NCBI GenBank assembly: GCA_009602735.1
Contig: WELA01003597.1
Span: 600,682 to 664,681, forward strand
Length of the DNA: 64,000 nucleotides
Origin: Mesotaenium endlicherianum
Lineage: Eukaryota
Direction: 5' to 3'
This document shows, piece by piece, positions 60,942 through 64,000 of the stretch; positions within the stretch are counted from its first letter, which is position 1; the number at the start of each line of letters is the position of its first letter. The notes beneath the pieces are model-generated. The model worked only from the letters and a program-made list of their open reading frames with translations, was not told the origin of the DNA and did not search any database. A program made the translations under genes and the position numbers.

Positions 60942-61552
60942 TGTTATGAATGAAATGAAAGGTGCGTAAATGTAGCTACCTTTGTAACGCAAAAATATAT
61001 ATGAGCGAGGAACAGATGTACACCTCGATATAGTTTAGCTGCTGGGTAGGCGAAAGACGCCTGCCAAATTTAGCACTTGTAACTTGGATTGTGGAGATTT
61101 TGGAGCCAGGGAGGGGTAGCATGCAACTTATCGTGCTTTTGCTTGCGCATGGAGTGCGTTATGTCCACTTGAAAAAGCCCTGTAAATAATTTGAGAGGTA
61201 CACACAGCGATGAACCTATGAACGCCAGAATTGCGTGGACCTGAGTAAGCTAGATACACTCAACGATGCGCTAGCGGTCCTGCGAGTGACCGGCGACATG
61301 GGCGACATATTTTTGGCAACCGTGAGGCTCGTTCACAAGCATCGCAGGTCATTTGATTCAATAAAGGGAAATGAAGGCCGGATTTCCATCCTTGGAGGTG
61401 GAGGGCAAAGTAACTGCCCGGTTTCGGCGCTAATATGGGCAAAATTTTACAATTGGGTAGGATGTAGTGGGATTTCCGGCGGTCCGCTTGACCAAAATGT
61501 GTCATTTTGCCCGGCACGACCATTCGAGAGCTGGAAATTACGCACGCTGACC

Positions 61553-61581
61553 AATTTTGCCCCTTGCCCATTCTCAAGGTG
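61553..61581 (-). repeat. Right TIR of the EnSpm-like element
   Basis: Inverted match to 19218-19246, followed by TT. Confidence 0.8.
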
Positions 61582-64000
61582 TTCTGTAAGGGCTTAAGGT
61601 GTGCATGAAGCAAGGCTTATGGATCAGGAGAGGCTGTGGGGACGGGGTTATTGATGGAGCAGAGGGAAGTTTCAGTGGCAAAAGAATATCTGAAAGTGCT
61701 TGTGTGCAAAAGTCCAGAAAGCCAAAAATGAAAGAAGAACGGCAATTGTAAATGGGCAAAAGGATAAGGCAGAGGGTAAGGTAGGGAAAAGAGTCAAGAA
61801 AAGCAATGTGCTAGTGACACAGATGCCAATGAGGGCGAAGGGTGCTCATCGAAAAAATGGGTAGTCCACTTGTTGTACTTAGGAGATGGTAATGGAGCCA
61901 ATCTTGGGGCGGGGACAATGAACATTGAAAAGCATTGCGTGTGGAAAAAAGTGAACATGTTGGAGATGTACAGGGGCAGATGATATATGCAATGAAATTG
62001 CTACAATTCAAACAGCTCCTTAGCAAGATTTGTAGATATAGCATCTTGATTATGGAGGACAAGGTGGAGATAGTGGAGCACCTTCTTGTGCATATTTATG
62101 CAACTCTCTTTTTTGAATTCGTGTATACATACAACACCTGGTCAAATAATATGTAGATACAAAAAGATTTTTTTTTGATCTTGCATATGGCCTACCTTCA
62201 GCTTCGCTTTTACGGCAGGGTCTGAGCCTCCTCTACTGAAGCAATGAATTTGGACTTTATTTGGCCATCCGAGAAAGATTGTCCTTTTGCAAGATCAAAA
62301 TTCTCAATGATGGATAAGGAACCATTTCTCAGGTGTTTGCTGATGCATTTTGAGCGTCGTAAATGAAATGGATTTAGAAGGCTTATAACTAAATTGTTAC
62401 TGGTGCATTGACATGGTCATGAATGTGGCTCTATTGTGGCCAAAATAAAGGTGCGGGTCTTGATATACTTTATACGATAGATTTATAGAGTTACATGAGG
62501 AATTTTACGTTGGGAGATAAGTGAAACTTCTATATTGCTGTTTTGTGTACTTCATTCGAAGGGAGCCAAGAATGTCATTATGTCATCTTGGTTATGCTTG
62601 CTTGCTTATACTTTAGCATTACATACTTTAGCAAGTATGCATGACAAAATCAAGTGTGCATGCTAATTTATCTTACCATGAGCAACAGTCTTCGTGAAGC
62701 AGTAGTTGAAGAAAAAGGTTATCTCTTGACGACAGTAAATGTTACTATTTCTGATGACTCTACATACAAAGGCAGAAGAATTGTAACAAATTATATATTC
62801 TATTACGCTTGTGTTTGTATTCTCCTCAGCGTGGGTTCTTTAATAATAAAGGTATAGTGACGTATCCTCTATGCAAAGTGATAGTTGTTATCTTCATTGA
62901 AAACAAACATCGTTCAATTGTTGTCTTGTAGCTCACGCGTCTATTGAAATTGAATCATGTGGACTTTAATCCTTGTCAAATGTGAAGGAAAATGGTGTTG
63001 CACAAGTTGGAAGTTTTGTGGTAGAGACTATTCACGCAACACCTCTAGTTGCACCTTACAAAGACAACATGGGCCCCAAAACTAGCATATGAAAAATGTC
63101 GCAGGCGCCTTACCTATCTCTACTCGCAATCTATCTAATTACAGCTTTACTTGCTGAGAAGAGTTCTACCTCTAAAATTCTTTATATCTGATTACTTATT
63201 GAGCTATTTTGAAGGATAATTCAAAGCACTCAGCATTGAAAACACAAACGCTAGGAAAATGATGCTAGCTCCCAATGCGTAGCCTTACATTTGCCTGAAA
63301 TTTATGCATATATATTTTGTTCTTCAACCGCGGTTGATCAAGTATTAAGGTTTGAATTCATCTACCAAACATGTGATGTACTTCACTTGTGTATGATGCA
63401 ACTTGCATGGGACCAAAGTTGGCAAGAAGTACTCTACGACAAAAGGAAAGATACAGAGCACAATCTAATGCAACTAACTCTTTTGCCTGAAATACTATAT
63501 ATACTACCACAGAAGTCATCGCTGTATTGAATTTCATGAGCTCACTTTCATTATGTCTAGGACAGCTCCACTCGCCAACTACCCCTATAGAGAACAACTA
63601 GATTTCTGATTTATCTAATTAAGTTTCAGACGACTGCCTTATCCAGTCATTACATTAGATCCTCCTTCTTCATCTCACATCGCAAGGGGTTTCTATTCCA
63701 CTTAGCCTTTGCACCAAACTCAATCATGGACGAGATTGCAGACGCAGCCGTCTGGTGTGTGGTGAACTCCGCAAAGCCTGCCAAAGCAATGGCATGCTGT
63801 ACTCAACGACCTCTTCCTTGACTTGTAAGTGGTGGCAGGGCACTTAAGTCTGGTACAGCTATTCATGATGCTGTGCTTACACACATTCTGCAAGCATAAG
63901 ACGCGAGCTATTCTGACTTATTGCTATATCAGAACTGCCAGCTCATGGCAACATCTCATGCACATGCATTTGTGCTTGATTGAAATTATTATTCTCACCT

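Larger units (their letters stand above)
19218..61581 (-). mobile_element. Giant EnSpm/CACTA-superfamily (CMC) DNA transposon with nested insertions
   Basis: TIRs CACCCTGAAAATGGGCAAGGGGCGAAA (19218-19244) and, as reverse complement, CACCTTGAGAATGGGCAAGGGGCAAAA (61581-61555); 24/27 identical. TT on both outer sides (19216-17, 61582-83). An EnSpm-type transposase starts 640 nt inside the right TIR. Confidence 0.75.

Noticed and set aside
61930..62300. Possible LINE 3' zinc-finger remnant (VEIVEHLL)
   Set aside because: The cysteines and RT similarity are not recognisable.
63700..63780. GFAEFTTHQTAASAISSM on the minus strand, RRM RNP1-like
   Set aside because: Too short, with no supporting neighbouring exon that I could read.

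Overview
Eukaryotic, intron-containing DNA from the green-plant lineage (inferred from CCCTAAA telomere units and plant-like DPCK, YIF1 and ACA sequences), dominated by nested transposable elements. The left part (1-19 kb) holds the 3' end of a decayed Ty3/gypsy chromovirus, an intact 3-exon dephospho-CoA kinase gene, and two paralogous multi-exon coiled-coil genes with repeated CxxC modules. From 19218 to 61581 a pair of 27-29 bp CAC-terminated inverted repeats with a TT duplication encloses a ~42-kb EnSpm/CACTA-superfamily element. Its own ~14-kb core carries a spliced transposase plus accessory genes, including a HIRAN-domain gene. Nested inside it are: (i) an intact chromovirus with a -1 frameshift signal and an extra PBS/gag/LTR-tail segment (TSD ACTGC); (ii) a second chromovirus family with a ~550-codon extra sense ORF after pol, internal PPT copies and a telomeric-repeat insert (TSD TGGTG); (iii) a Pack-hAT (8-bp TSD) carrying a whole intron-containing YIF1 pseudogene, inserted in a Ca2+-ATPase fragment; (iv) a hAT transposase element with a palindromic 210-bp array, and a further hAT end next to a Rab fragment. 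All calls come from reading the sequence; no database searches were run and mismatch counts are by eye.
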